Below, piece after piece: positions 1 to 8,715 of a stretch of DNA of 30,778 bases (its first letter is position 1; each line of letters opens with the position of its first letter). This stretch comes from a virus (taxonomy: Duplodnaviria; Caudoviricetes): IMG/VR virus record IMGVR_UViG_3300005573_000228, positions 1-30,778 of that record; one strand, given 5' to 3'. The notes beneath the pieces are model-generated. The model was not told the DNA's origin. It did no database searches and saw only the letters and a program-made list of their open reading frames with translations. A program made the position numbers and the translations under genes.

Positions 1-29
1 TGAGCGATGGGCGAGAGCAGGAGGCTAGC

Positions 30-512
30 GTGAAAACCGAGCGGTATCTATTCGAGCGGGGCGGCCCTGAGGAGTGTTTCGAGGCCCGACCGCAACGGCG
101 CCCCACGACCTATAGCCTGCGGGTGAGGAGACGCCGCGACGGCCTGGCCGCTACGGTCCTGAGGCTGCGGCTGGACGACGAGGGGCGCGAGAGGCCGGCC
201 AGGCTGATCTCCATATCGCCGGTGGCGCTGTTGGAAGGGGGCATGCTGATACGCGAGGCGATCCGGTCTGTGGAGCCGTGGCCAGCTCTGGAGCCTGGGA
301 CCTATCCCGTGGACGACGATTACGGCGCGCGACTGGCCTGCTACGCGGCGGTAGTGCGTGGATTGCGCAACCGCCAGGGGATGCGCAATGCCGCCAGCGC
401 GATCCTGCTCCTGGACGGCACTGAGGCGGCCTGGTGGCTGGCGATCATGCGCGACGGGCGTGGGCGACGCGGGGTACGGGCGCTGAGGATTCTGGTGGGG
501 GCGACAGCATGA
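30..512 (+). CDS. Hypothetical protein, resembling the small helical protein of DUF499/DUF1156 (BREX-related) defence operons
   Basis: GTG start after AGGAGG. The C-terminal pattern 'PVDDDYGARLA...EAAWWL...RALRILV' is recognised from memory only. Confidence 0.5.
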   Translation: MKTERYLFERGGPEECFEARPQRRPTTYSLRVRRRRDGLAATVLRLRLDDEGRERPARLISISPVALLEGGMLIREAIRSVEPWPALEPGTYPVDDDYGARLACYAAVVRGLRNRQGMRNAASAILLLDGTEAAWWLAIMRDGRGRRGVRALRILVGATA

Positions 513-793
513 CCGGCACGTATCTGTGGCAGGGCAGAGCCTGTACGGTCCTGTATCGTGATCGAGACGAGGCCCTAGTCAGGATGGCCGATAGTGCGCG
601 CATCGTGCGTGTGCCGGTCTGGGAGCTGGTCCGGCCGGTCGGCGATGCCTGCCCCCATTGCGGGACCGGTGGCGCCTGGGCCTATCCTGACTCGGAGGAT
701 TACGGGGCCTGGGCGTGCAGAATCTGCGGGTGGAGGGGATATCCCGGATTGCGTCTGTTCCGGATGGTCCGGCCTGGTACCCAGCTGCGCTAG
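509..793 (+). CDS. Small zinc-ribbon hypothetical protein
   Basis: ATGA overlap with the upstream stop; CPHC...CRIC motifs. Confidence 0.6.
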   Translation: MTGTYLWQGRACTVLYRDRDEALVRMADSARIVRVPVWELVRPVGDACPHCGTGGAWAYPDSEDYGAWACRICGWRGYPGLRLFRMVRPGTQLR

Positions 794-805
794 GGGAGGT
801 GGCGC

Positions 806-1102
806 ATGGACGAGCGAGAGGCGCTTATTCTGGCTGCCCTGTCATGGCATCTGGCGGATGATGAGGCGGATTGGCTCCTGACCTATCGGTCCGGCACGTA
901 TAACGACCTGCTGGCAGCCCTACAGGCGCGGGATGCCGCCGTGGCCAGGCTGCACGGGGCCGCCCGCGCCTATGTGCAGCGCTACGGCACGCCAGAGGCC
1001 GCGACTCTATCGGTGGCTGCCGATACGGATAGCTGGGCGGACTATCTGCGGAGCGATCCGCGTTATGCTCCCGGACGGAGATCGGCGGGAGGTGTCCAGT
1101 GA
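806..1102 (+). CDS. Hypothetical phage protein
   Basis: GGAGG RBS and ATG; coupled to the next ORF by GTGA. Confidence 0.65.
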   Translation: MDEREALILAALSWHLADDEADWLLTYRSGTYNDLLAALQARDAAVARLHGAARAYVQRYGTPEAATLSVAADTDSWADYLRSDPRYAPGRRSAGGVQ

Positions 1103-1299
1103 GACCATGCCCGCACGGGAAACCGATAGCGGAGTGCCGGGAGTGCTGGCGGTGGCTCCGCCAGTACTGCGAGGCGCGCAGCTCTGGCGACATCGGCACT
1201 CTGGACAGGTTATGCGCTGAAGCGGTTGCCTGGCCGACGCAGGCCACGATGTGGAGCGTGGCACGGCGGCTGAGGCGCGCTCTTACGGTCGGGAGGTGA
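1099..1299 (+). CDS. Small Cys-rich hypothetical protein
   Basis: GGAGG RBS, GTGA overlap, CPH...CREC. Confidence 0.55.
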   Translation: MRPCPHGKPIAECRECWRWLRQYCEARSSGDIGTLDRLCAEAVAWPTQATMWSVARRLRRALTVGR

Positions 1300-1301
1300 G
1301 C

Positions 1302-1466
1302 ATGGTACCGATATGGCTGGCGGCTCTCGTTTGGCTACTGGCGGTTTTCGGGACCGCGCTGCTCGTGGGCCTCTGTGCGGTGCAGGGCCAGGCCGAGGCG
1401 TACCAGGAGGGATACCAAGACGGCAAAAGGGCGGCCGTCTTGGAGCGGTGGAGTGAACAGCGATGA
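1302..1466 (+). CDS. Small membrane protein
   Basis: GGAGG RBS before ATG 1302; hydrophobic N-terminal helix followed by 'AYQEGYQDG'. Confidence 0.6.
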   Translation: MVPIWLAALVWLLAVFGTALLVGLCAVQGQAEAYQEGYQDGKRAAVLERWSEQR

Positions 1467-1657
1467 TCAGGGTTTGCGCTTGGTGCGATCGCCAAATGGA
1501 CACAAACGAGATGCCCATCGGCGAACGCATACCCGCCGAGATGCAGCGGGAGGCCAGCCACGGTATCTGCCTAGTGTGCGCTGACCGGGTGCGTCCCGGC
1601 TGGCGGCGGGTGGTTAGAGAGGCAGAGACGTACGGCGGCGCAGCTGGGCAGTCATGA
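1463..1657 (+). CDS. Small Zn-binding hypothetical protein
   Basis: ATGA overlap; CAWC...SHGICLVC motif. Confidence 0.6.
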   Translation: MIRVCAWCDRQMDTNEMPIGERIPAEMQREASHGICLVCADRVRPGWRRVVREAETYGGAAGQS

Positions 1658-1684
1658 GTGGATGTGGGACCGCGCAGTGTCGAA

Positions 1685-1713
1685 TTGAGCTCGATCTGTA
1701 AACCAGGTATAAT
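1685..1713 (+). promoter_or_regulatory. Sigma70-type promoter A
   Basis: TTGAGC (1685-1690), 17 nt spacer, TATAAT (1708-1713). Confidence 0.75.
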
Positions 1714-1726
1714 GCAGGCGAGCGAT

Positions 1727-1787
1727 GCGCGACTATTCTGTCGCCACATTCGGACCTATGCGGTCCAGGGTGTGGCGACTTTTATTT
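1727..1787 (+). ncRNA. Structured leader RNA copy A (terminator with alternative 5' hairpin)
   Basis: GTCGCCACA 1740-1748 pairs with TGTGGCGAC 1771-1779; inner stem GGACC/GGTCC; TTTTATTT follows. Alternative pairing is GCGAC 1729-1733 with GTCGC 1740-1744. Confidence 0.7.
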
Positions 1788-1801
1788 GTGGCGATGGGCA
1801 G

Positions 1802-2029
1802 ATGTTGATACGTTGTCCAGGCTGCAACAACCCACTATGTGAGTTGGTGGCAGGCATAATGATAGTCCGCCATCATCGGCGGGAGATCGTGGGCATCGCT
1901 TACTCGATCCGCTGCGAGCGGTGCGGCACGGTGTGGACGCCTGTTAGTCAAACCACTGGTAATCAAAATGAGCAGCAAGGTCAGTCAGAAGCGAATAGAG
2001 GCGTTGGAGCGCCAACGTCAGGCTCTTGA
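1802..2029 (+). CDS. Mu Com-like zinc-ribbon protein, copy A
   Basis: MLIRCPGCNNPL...SIRCERCGT matches the IRCxxC...IRCxRC pattern of Mu Com; overlaps the terS start. Confidence 0.6.
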   Translation: MLIRCPGCNNPLCELVAGIMIVRHHRREIVGIAYSIRCERCGTVWTPVSQTTGNQNEQQGQSEANRGVGAPTSGS

Positions 2030-2384
2030 ACTGCGGCGCCAAGGACTGCGATACGAGCAGATCGCAGATAGGTTGGGCATCGATGTAGCTGCTGCCTGGC
2101 GACACGTCATGCGCGCCTACCAGCGCTCGCTCAAGCAGAACGATGAGTTGGCTGAGTTCAACCGCAAGCTGGACCTCGAGCGTCTCGACGCGGCACTAGC
2201 TGCCCTCTGGCCGAGCGTGCAGGCTGGCAAGGGGTGGGCGATAGACCGACTGTTGGGTATTCTGGAACGGCGGGCGAGGCTGTTGGGGCTAGATATGCCG
2301 GCCAAACAGGAGACGGACATAGGTGATACTCTTGCGCGAGTCCTGGAAAGACTTGCTGGTGCGAGCAGTACAGCAGACAACTGA
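1968..2384 (+). CDS. terS: Terminase small subunit, copy A
   Basis: N-terminal HTH (ALELRRQGLRYEQIADRLGI) and 'ERRARLLGLD'; paralog of 4380-4799, which precedes terL. Confidence 0.75.
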   Translation: MSSKVSQKRIEALERQRQALELRRQGLRYEQIADRLGIDVAAAWRHVMRAYQRSLKQNDELAEFNRKLDLERLDAALAALWPSVQAGKGWAIDRLLGILERRARLLGLDMPAKQETDIGDTLARVLERLAGASSTADN

Positions 2385-2649
2385 TGCGGTAGCGTTTGCG
2401 CGAGCGTGGCTTAGTTGGGAGCCGCATGCTGGGCAGCAATGGTCAGACTCGCGTACAAATGGTCGACGCAGCATCGAAACCGATGTCCGCTGTGCCGAGT
2501 GTGGACGCTATCTCACGGCCCGGACCGTGCGACGAGGAATGACCATTTGCTGGGCATGCTACAAGCGTCGGCTCGGCAAGAGACCCTACAAAAAGAAAGG
2601 GGGTGAAGGGTCCAAGAGCTCGTCAAAAGCCGGCCCGCCACGGCCATAG
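2323..2649 (+). pseudogene. TerL N-terminal fragment (~40 aa) fused to a zinc-finger-like basic domain
   Basis: The first ~40 aa nearly match the TerL N-terminus (ESWKD.LVRAVQQTTDA.AFARAWL.WEPH.GQ), followed by CAEC...CWAC. Confidence 0.6.
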
Positions 2650-2788
2650 GCAGCCACCGATCGGTTGTCATGTCGGGTGGAGTCGTGTACCTGGGTCAGC
2701 CCGCATGGGGCGGGACGTGCGGAGCCAGACTAGATTGCTGGAGGTGCACGATGTGGCTAGTAGTTCTTACTCAGCGGGAGACGTTGCA

Positions 2789-3685
2789 TTGACAGACAAG
2801 GCTGTTAGGTCGCCCATCTCGTGGTTCGGTGGTAAGGGGCATCTCGCCCGGTGGATAGTGCGACACCTGCCGCCCCATAGACGATACGTCGAACCGTTCG
2901 GCGGAGGGGCTTCGGTGCTACTGGCAAAGCCACCAGCAGAGGTCGATGTTTATAACGACATCGACCAAGCGCTGTACGATTTCTTTGTGACTTTGGCTGA
3001 CCCCGCGGAGTTCGAGCGATTCTATCGGCGGGTTGCCTTATTACCGTATAGCCGTCAGCTGTATAACGAATGCCGTTGCACCTGGCAGGAGCAAGAGGAC
3101 CGTCTTGAACGAGTCTGGCGGTGGTTTGTCGTAGCCAGACAATCGTTCAGCGGGGCCTTCGCGAACAGTTGGAGTAGTAACGTCACAAGCTCACAAAGAG
3201 GCATGGCAGCAACGGCAAGTAGATGGCTGTCCTGCCTAGAAGATCTGCCACTCATCCATGCGCGACTCCAGAGGGTGCAAATCGAATGTGCCGACTGGCG
3301 GGTAATCCTGGAGCGCTACGACACGCCCGAGACATTGTTCTACCTGGACCCGCCTTACGTGCCAGAAACGCGGCGCGGCGGCGGGTACAAGCATGAGATG
3401 TCGACTGAAGACCACATCGAACTTGTTGAGCGATTGTTGCAGATCAGCGGAATGGCGGTGCTCAGTGGCTACCCGACCGACGTCTATCGACCACTGGAAG
3501 AAGCTGGCTGGCACAAGGTGCAACGCCAGACATCTTGCTACGCAGCAGGCAGAACCCGCACGACTGGCCTAATTGGACCGGGAGCTGCGTCTAGGATGCA
3601 GCCCCGTACCGAGTGCCTATGGATTAAGTCAGGGCCTGTGCGGTCACTAGATAGCTACCTTGTGGAGGTACAAGAATGTGGCTAG
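2789..3685 (+). CDS. DNA adenine methyltransferase (Dam/D12 class)
   Basis: SWFGGK, YVEPFGGG, VYNDID and FYLDPPY motifs. Likely start is TTG 2789 after GGGAG; GTG 2753 is an alternative. Confidence 0.92.
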   Translation: MTDKAVRSPISWFGGKGHLARWIVRHLPPHRRYVEPFGGGASVLLAKPPAEVDVYNDIDQALYDFFVTLADPAEFERFYRRVALLPYSRQLYNECRCTWQEQEDRLERVWRWFVVARQSFSGAFANSWSSNVTSSQRGMAATASRWLSCLEDLPLIHARLQRVQIECADWRVILERYDTPETLFYLDPPYVPETRRGGGYKHEMSTEDHIELVERLLQISGMAVLSGYPTDVYRPLEEAGWHKVQRQTSCYAAGRTRTTGLIGPGAASRMQPRTECLWIKSGPVRSLDSYLVEVQECG

Positions 3686-4002
3686 CAATCGCTACGTTAT
3701 TCATCGGGGCATTACTCGGCGCGCTGGTGATGGCGCTGTGCGCCGTGCGGCGCATCGAGGAGTTGGAGCGACTAATTTCGCCTGCACTGCTCGACCGGAT
3801 AAACCAGTTGGAGCGGTGGCTCGATCAGGCGATAGACGAGCGAGATGCTGCTCGTAGGTGGAGCAGGCGCTGGCATGCACTGGCGCGTGCGCGCGATAGG
3901 CAGCTTCGCAACGTGTGTCAGCATGCGCAGAAGATGGCAGACCTAGTGCGCGACTATCCGCCTGAAACGGGGGAGGCAGTCGACTTGGCACTATCGCACT
4001 GA
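3676..4002 (+). CDS. Membrane-anchored coiled-coil hypothetical protein
   Basis: GGAGG RBS; N-terminal hydrophobic helix followed by a heptad-like region. Confidence 0.65.
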   Translation: MWLAIATLFIGALLGALVMALCAVRRIEELERLISPALLDRINQLERWLDQAIDERDAARRWSRRWHALARARDRQLRNVCQHAQKMADLVRDYPPETGEAVDLALSH

Positions 4003-4128
4003 TTGCGCTGCTCGCGATGTTCGCGGTGTGTGGCATAGTGCTGTGGCTGATGCAACCGAGACGAAAACGATTGCCGCCGCAGCCGGGCAGCTACGAGTGG
4101 ATGTGGGATAGATGTGTGTAACCTAGTG

Positions 4129-4137
4129 TGGTATAAT
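4129..4137 (+). promoter_or_regulatory. Extended -10 promoter B
   Basis: TGgTATAAT at the position homologous to promoter A. Confidence 0.7.
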
Positions 4138-4145
4138 GCAAGCAA

Positions 4146-4210
4146 GCGCGGCTCTATGGCCACCATCCTGAGCGACTATGCTCACTGGGTGGCGGCTTTT
4201 GTCGTTTTTT
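4146..4210 (+). ncRNA. Structured leader RNA copy B
   Basis: GCGCGGCT, then GCCACCATCC 4159-4168 pairing with GGGTGGCGGC 4187-4196 (one mismatch); inner stem TGAGC/GCTCA; T-tracts follow. Confidence 0.62.
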
Positions 4211-4216
4211 GGTGCT

Positions 4217-4444
4217 ATGAAGATCAGATGTGAGCGTTGCAGGAATATCATAGCGGCGTACATCGCCGGCTGCTACGTGATCACGCGGAACGGCCGACAG
4301 TGGATCGGGAGGGAATGCATCTCGATCCGCTGCGAGAGGCGCGGGACGATTTGGAGACCACAAACCACTATGGGGCAAAATGGGCCAGAGCAAGGTGAAT
4401 CAGGCACGCATACAGTCACTGGAGCGACAGCGGCAGGCACTTGA
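4217..4444 (+). CDS. Mu Com-like zinc-ribbon protein, copy B (fourth Cys replaced by Arg)
   Basis: MKIRCERCRNII...SIRCERRGT; overlaps the terS start. Confidence 0.55.
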   Translation: MKIRCERCRNIIAAYIAGCYVITRNGRQWIGRECISIRCERRGTIWRPQTTMGQNGPEQGESGTHTVTGATAAGT

Positions 4445-4799
4445 GTTACGGCGCCAGGGTCTGCGCTATGAGCAGATAGCTAGCAAGCTGGGTATTGATG
4501 TATCTAATGCTTGGCGATTGGTAATGCGCGCCTACCAGCGCTCGCTCAAGCAGAACGATGCTGAAGCGGAGTTCAACCGCAAGCTCGACCTGGAGCGACT
4601 CGACGCAGCGCTGGCCGCGATCTGGCCACAGGTAAATGCAGGCAAGGGCTGGGCCATAGATCGGCTGCTGGGCATCCTGGAGCGACGAGCCAGGCTGCTA
4701 GGATTGGACAGCCCACAAAAGCAGGAGACAGATATTGGTGAAACTCTTGCACGAGTCCTGGAAAGACTCGCTGGTTCGAGCGGTTCAGCAGACAACTGA
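4380..4799 (+). CDS. terS: Terminase small subunit, copy B
   Basis: HTH protein immediately upstream of, and overlapping, terL. Confidence 0.8.
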   Translation: MGQSKVNQARIQSLERQRQALELRRQGLRYEQIASKLGIDVSNAWRLVMRAYQRSLKQNDAEAEFNRKLDLERLDAALAAIWPQVNAGKGWAIDRLLGILERRARLLGLDSPQKQETDIGETLARVLERLAGSSGSADN

Positions 4800-6030
4800 T
4801 GCCATCGCATTCGCGCGGGCCTGGCTCGATTGGGAGCCGCATGAAGGGCAGAGGCGCTGGCTCTTGGCGCCGGAGCGCCCGACGGCCGTGCTTGTGACGG
4901 GCCGAAGGTACGGAAAGTCCGAGTGTGCCGCCGTTCAGGCACTTTACTATGCTGTGTTTCGCCCCAAGACACGCCAAGGTATTGTGTCTGTCACGCTCGA
5001 CCAGGCGCGGCTGTCGTTCGACGTGGCCCTGATGATGTGCCAGCGGCAGCCGTTGTTGGCGGCCCTGGTGGACAAGGTGCGCGAGACGCCCTTCCCGCTG
5101 CTCCGGTTCAAGCACGGCAGTGAGATCACGGTCAGGACTGCGGCTCGGGAGGGCATCTACCTTCGCGGTCACAAGTTCCATCGCTGCATCGTTGACGAAG
5201 CCGACTATCTCTCTGAGCGACTAATCAACGAGGTTGTGCGCATGACGCTGGCCGATGTGGGCGGCCAACTAGTGCTCATCTCTACACCGAGAGCGCGGCG
5301 GGGGTTGGTCTATCGCGAGTTGCAGCGTGGTTTGGCGGGCGATCCTGCCGTGTACGCTCAGCAGGGCGCGACATGGGAGAACCCCAATGTTGATCACGAC
5401 TACATCCGTAGCCTGCGCGATCGGATGACCGCCTCGGCCTGGCAACGCGAGGTCGAGGGCGTGTACGCTGACGACGACGCTGCCGTATTCGGTTGGCAGC
5501 ATATTCAGGCCGCTTATGAGGCTGCCGACTGGACACTGCCACTGCCGCCCGATGCGAAGAAGCGTTTCGTCTGTGGCGCTGACCTAGCCAAGAGTGAGGA
5601 TCATACGGTGATTACGGTCCTCGACGCCACCAGCAAGCCGTATCGCCTGGCCTATTTCGAGCGCTTCCAGCGGCTGCCCTGGCCGGCGGTGGCGGCTCGG
5701 ATTCGCGAGGTGCACCAGCGTTATGGCTGCCATCAGACACTAATTGATGCTACCGGTGTTGGTGACGCGGTGCTGGACGAGGTGCGCGATGTGGCCCAGG
5801 GCTACGTGTTCACCCAGCGGAGCAAGCTCGATCTCCTGACCAACCTACAGGTGGCCCTAGAGAAACGCGAGGTGCAGTTTCCGTTCATCCGTGAGCTGGT
5901 AGACGAGCTACAGGGGTACTCGTTTGACGACAAGGCGCTGCAAACAGACTGCGTGATGAGCCTGGCGCTGGCTGTCTGGGCGGCTGGCCCGCGTGGGCGG
6001 GTGGAGTTTGCACCGAGTATCTGGGGGTGA
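4735..6030 (+). CDS. terL: Terminase large subunit
   Basis: Walker A GRRYGKS, Walker B IVDEA, LISTP, nuclease acidic motifs GADLA / IDATGVGD / DCVMSL. Confidence 0.95.
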   Translation: MVKLLHESWKDSLVRAVQQTTDAIAFARAWLDWEPHEGQRRWLLAPERPTAVLVTGRRYGKSECAAVQALYYAVFRPKTRQGIVSVTLDQARLSFDVALMMCQRQPLLAALVDKVRETPFPLLRFKHGSEITVRTAAREGIYLRGHKFHRCIVDEADYLSERLINEVVRMTLADVGGQLVLISTPRARRGLVYRELQRGLAGDPAVYAQQGATWENPNVDHDYIRSLRDRMTASAWQREVEGVYADDDAAVFGWQHIQAAYEAADWTLPLPPDAKKRFVCGADLAKSEDHTVITVLDATSKPYRLAYFERFQRLPWPAVAARIREVHQRYGCHQTLIDATGVGDAVLDEVRDVAQGYVFTQRSKLDLLTNLQVALEKREVQFPFIRELVDELQGYSFDDKALQTDCVMSLALAVWAAGPRGRVEFAPSIWG

Positions 6031-6033
6031 AAA

Positions 6034-7344
6034 ATGTTGAATGTAGTTGAGCGGCAGATTCAGGAGATAGCGGCACTGGACGAGATCGCGCGGGCCGCCC
6101 GATTCAAGCGAGCATGGGACGCCTACTACGGGCGGTTCCAGAAACCGCTTAAGGTAAAGAGCGGCCAGCCCGATGATAATGTGCTGGTGAACTTTGCGCG
6201 GGTGGTCGTGGATAAAGGGGTGTCGTTTCTGTTCGGGCAGGATGTCGGTTTCGAGATCAGCGAGACCGAGGAGACGGCGGCTGAGGCGTGGCTGGATGCG
6301 GTATGGCAATATAACCGCAAAATGACGCTGTTGCAAAAACTGGGGCTGAATGGTGCGGTCTGCGGCCACGCATTCATCAAGATTCTAGCTACTCAGCCCT
6401 ATCCCCGCCTGGTGGTGTTGGACCCCTCGACGGTCACTGTTCGTTGGGAGCCTGACGATATTGAGACCGTGGTGAGCTACCGCATTCAGTACCCGGCTAT
6501 CGATCCCCAGACGGGCAAACCCATTGCCATCAGGCAGCTGATCGAGCGGGACGGCGACCGGTGGCACGTCACCGACCAGGTGAGCCGGCCTGACTCGGTG
6601 CAGTGGGTAACGACGGGTGAGACCGTCTGGCCCTATTCGTGGCCGCCCATCGTCGATTGCCAGAACCTGCCGGCGCCGAACGAGTATTGGGGCATCAGCG
6701 ACCTGGAGGACGACGTGCTGCAGTTGAATCACAGCATCAACTTCGTGCTCAGCAACCTGGCGCGCATCATCCGCTACCATGCGCACCCGAAAACCTGGGG
6801 CAGGGGGTTCACGGCCAACCAGCTCAACATCGCCGTAGACGAGACAATCGTGCTCCCCTCCGCTGATGCGGAGCTGCGCAACCTGGAGATGGTGAGCGAT
6901 CTGTCCAGCAGCATCGCGCTGTACGAGCGGCTGCGGGAGGCGCTGCATGAGGTGACGCGCGTGCCCGAAGTGGCAACCGGGAAACTGAACTCTGCCGGAG
7001 CGCTCTCAGGCGTGGCACTGAGCATCCTCTACCAGCCACTGTTGGAAAAGACAGAGACGAAGCGGCGCACCTACGGTGACCTGCTGGTGGAGTTGAACCG
7101 ACGCCTGTTGGCGCTCGGAGGATTTGGTGAGGAAAGCTACACAGTGCTGCACTGGCCAGAGCTTCTGCCAGGGGACCCGAAGGCGGAGGCGGAGACAGCA
7201 CTGCTGCAGCAACAGATTGGTGTCAGTCAGGATACGTTGCTGGAGCGGATGGGATTCAATCCGGAGTTGGAGCGCCAGAAGCGGGAAGTGGGGAGTCAGC
7301 AGATGGGGGAGCAGGTGCTCACGGCATTTGAGCGAGGTGAATAG
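6034..7344 (+). CDS. Portal protein (SPP1-like)
   Basis: Follows terL; 436 aa; 'YYG', 'NFARVVVD', 'WGISDLE' and 'SGVAL' motifs. Confidence 0.92.
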   Translation: MLNVVERQIQEIAALDEIARAARFKRAWDAYYGRFQKPLKVKSGQPDDNVLVNFARVVVDKGVSFLFGQDVGFEISETEETAAEAWLDAVWQYNRKMTLLQKLGLNGAVCGHAFIKILATQPYPRLVVLDPSTVTVRWEPDDIETVVSYRIQYPAIDPQTGKPIAIRQLIERDGDRWHVTDQVSRPDSVQWVTTGETVWPYSWPPIVDCQNLPAPNEYWGISDLEDDVLQLNHSINFVLSNLARIIRYHAHPKTWGRGFTANQLNIAVDETIVLPSADAELRNLEMVSDLSSSIALYERLREALHEVTRVPEVATGKLNSAGALSGVALSILYQPLLEKTETKRRTYGDLLVELNRRLLALGGFGEESYTVLHWPELLPGDPKAEAETALLQQQIGVSQDTLLERMGFNPELERQKREVGSQQMGEQVLTAFERGE

Positions 7345-7347
7345 GTA

Positions 7348-7620
7348 GTGAATATCGAGTTTATTGAGTTTAGTTCGCGTCCACTTACCGTTGGGGAATT
7401 TCTGGATATCCAAACCGTAGCGAGGAACAATGACATCAGTCGCCTGATTGATATCGTGATGTCACGAATAGTTGCTCCGTGCATAACACGTGAGGATCTG
7501 CTGGGTCTGACGCTGGAACAGTTGGTGGTTTTATTTAACCGGATGATTGTGGTGTCAACGACGACTACTACTGTACCAGCGGTCTTCGCTGACGCATTTT
7601 CTGACAATCATAAGGAATAG
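7348..7620 (+). CDS. Hypothetical protein, lower-GC moron
   Basis: Fills the portal-MuF gap; visibly AT-richer; flanked by an 11/12 nt direct repeat. Confidence 0.6.
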   Translation: MNIEFIEFSSRPLTVGEFLDIQTVARNNDISRLIDIVMSRIVAPCITREDLLGLTLEQLVVLFNRMIVVSTTTTTVPAVFADAFSDNHKE

Positions 7621-7623
7621 CTA

Positions 7624-8715
7624 GTGCCCGATCTCTTCGACATCGCCGAACAGCACAGACGCCAACTGCTCCAGCGTGAGCGCCGAGCCGCCAGCGAGAT
7701 GGTGCGTGCCTACGGTGAGGCCTGGAAGCGCATCAAGGCGCGGCTCGACGATCTCAGTGAGCAGATTGCCCAGGCGAGAGCGCGTGGTGAGGACGTCTCC
7801 CCCTCCTGGTTATTCCAGTTCGAGCGGTTGCAGGTGCTACAGCGCCAGGTCGAAGCCGAGATTCGCGAATTCGCGCGCTTCGCCGAGACTCGTATCATTG
7901 CCGAGCAGGCGGAGGCTGTACGGGCGGCCCAGGAGCACGCCGAGCAATTGACGCTAGCTGGCCTGGGTGAACCACCGCCAGGCGTGACGGTGACGTTTGC
8001 GCGACTACCGAGTGATGCTGTCACCGATCTGGTGGGGTTTCTCCAGGACGGCTCGCCGCTCCGCGCTCTGCTCGATGAGCTCGGGCCGGAGGCGAGCAAG
8101 GCGGTTAGGGATGCCCTGGTGGCAGGAGTTGCCACGGGACAGAACCCGCGCGTCATTGCCCGGCAGATAAGGCAGGCACTGGGCGGTAATCTGGTGAGGG
8201 CGCTGACCATCAGCCGCACGGAGATTCTGCGCGCCTACCGTGAATCTAGCAGGCGCAGCTATCAGGCTAACAGCGATGTGGTAAAAGGGTGGGTCTGGCA
8301 CTCGGCGCTGGGAACCCGGACCTGTCCTGCCTGTTGGGCGATGCATGGCACATTCCATCAGCTTGACGAGCACCTCGACGATCACGTAAACGGCAGGTGC
8401 AGTGCTATCCCGGTGACAAAGACCTGGGCCGAGCTCGGGTTTAGGGATGTTCCGGAAACGAGCCCCGAGATTCCGGAAGGTACCGATCTCTTCGAGAAGC
8501 TCTCCGATGCTGACAAAGAGAAGATACTGGGCAAGGCGGGCTTTCAGGCGTACAAAGCCGGTGCGGTGACGCTAGAGGACTTCGTTGGGCGCAAGAGGTC
8601 GCGTGAGTGGGGCACGATGCGCTACACGCGGAGCTTACGTGATATACTGGGGCGGATGACGCTAGGAAGTGGCGAAGTCAGGCAATCAACAGAGAGGCGA
8701 TATCGCAGCGGATGA
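7624..8715 (+). CDS. MuF / SPP1 gp7-family head morphogenesis protein
   Basis: 'RALTISRTE', 'RTCPACWAMHG', 'HVNGRCS' motifs; located after the portal. Confidence 0.92.
   Translation: MPDLFDIAEQHRRQLLQRERRAASEMVRAYGEAWKRIKARLDDLSEQIAQARARGEDVSPSWLFQFERLQVLQRQVEAEIREFARFAETRIIAEQAEAVRAAQEHAEQLTLAGLGEPPPGVTVTFARLPSDAVTDLVGFLQDGSPLRALLDELGPEASKAVRDALVAGVATGQNPRVIARQIRQALGGNLVRALTISRTEILRAYRESSRRSYQANSDVVKGWVWHSALGTRTCPACWAMHGTFHQLDEHLDDHVNGRCSAIPVTKTWAELGFRDVPETSPEIPEGTDLFEKLSDADKEKILGKAGFQAYKAGAVTLEDFVGRKRSREWGTMRYTRSLRDILGRMTLGSGEVRQSTERRYRSG

Larger units (their letters stand above)
1641..2440 (+). repeat. Copy A of a diverged ~0.8 kb duplication (promoter, leader RNA, Zn-ribbon gene, terS, 5' end of terL)
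   Basis: Aligns by eye with about 4080-4850, from 'cag(c)tgggcag...gagtggatgtggga' to 'tgggagccgcatg..gggcag'. Confidence 0.9.
4080..4850 (+). repeat. Copy B of the duplication
   Basis: Same elements in the same order as 1641-2440, continuing into an intact terL. Confidence 0.9.

Noticed and set aside
2603-2788. Long N-terminal extension of the methyltransferase
   Set aside because: Family motifs begin only after about 2800, and better SD/start pairs lie at 2753 and 2789.
3966-4121. Small membrane ORF ending QPGSYEWMWDRCV
   Set aside because: Its tail matches sequence at 1641-1670, but no start codon is correctly placed after the GGAGG, so it is treated as a remnant at the duplication boundary.
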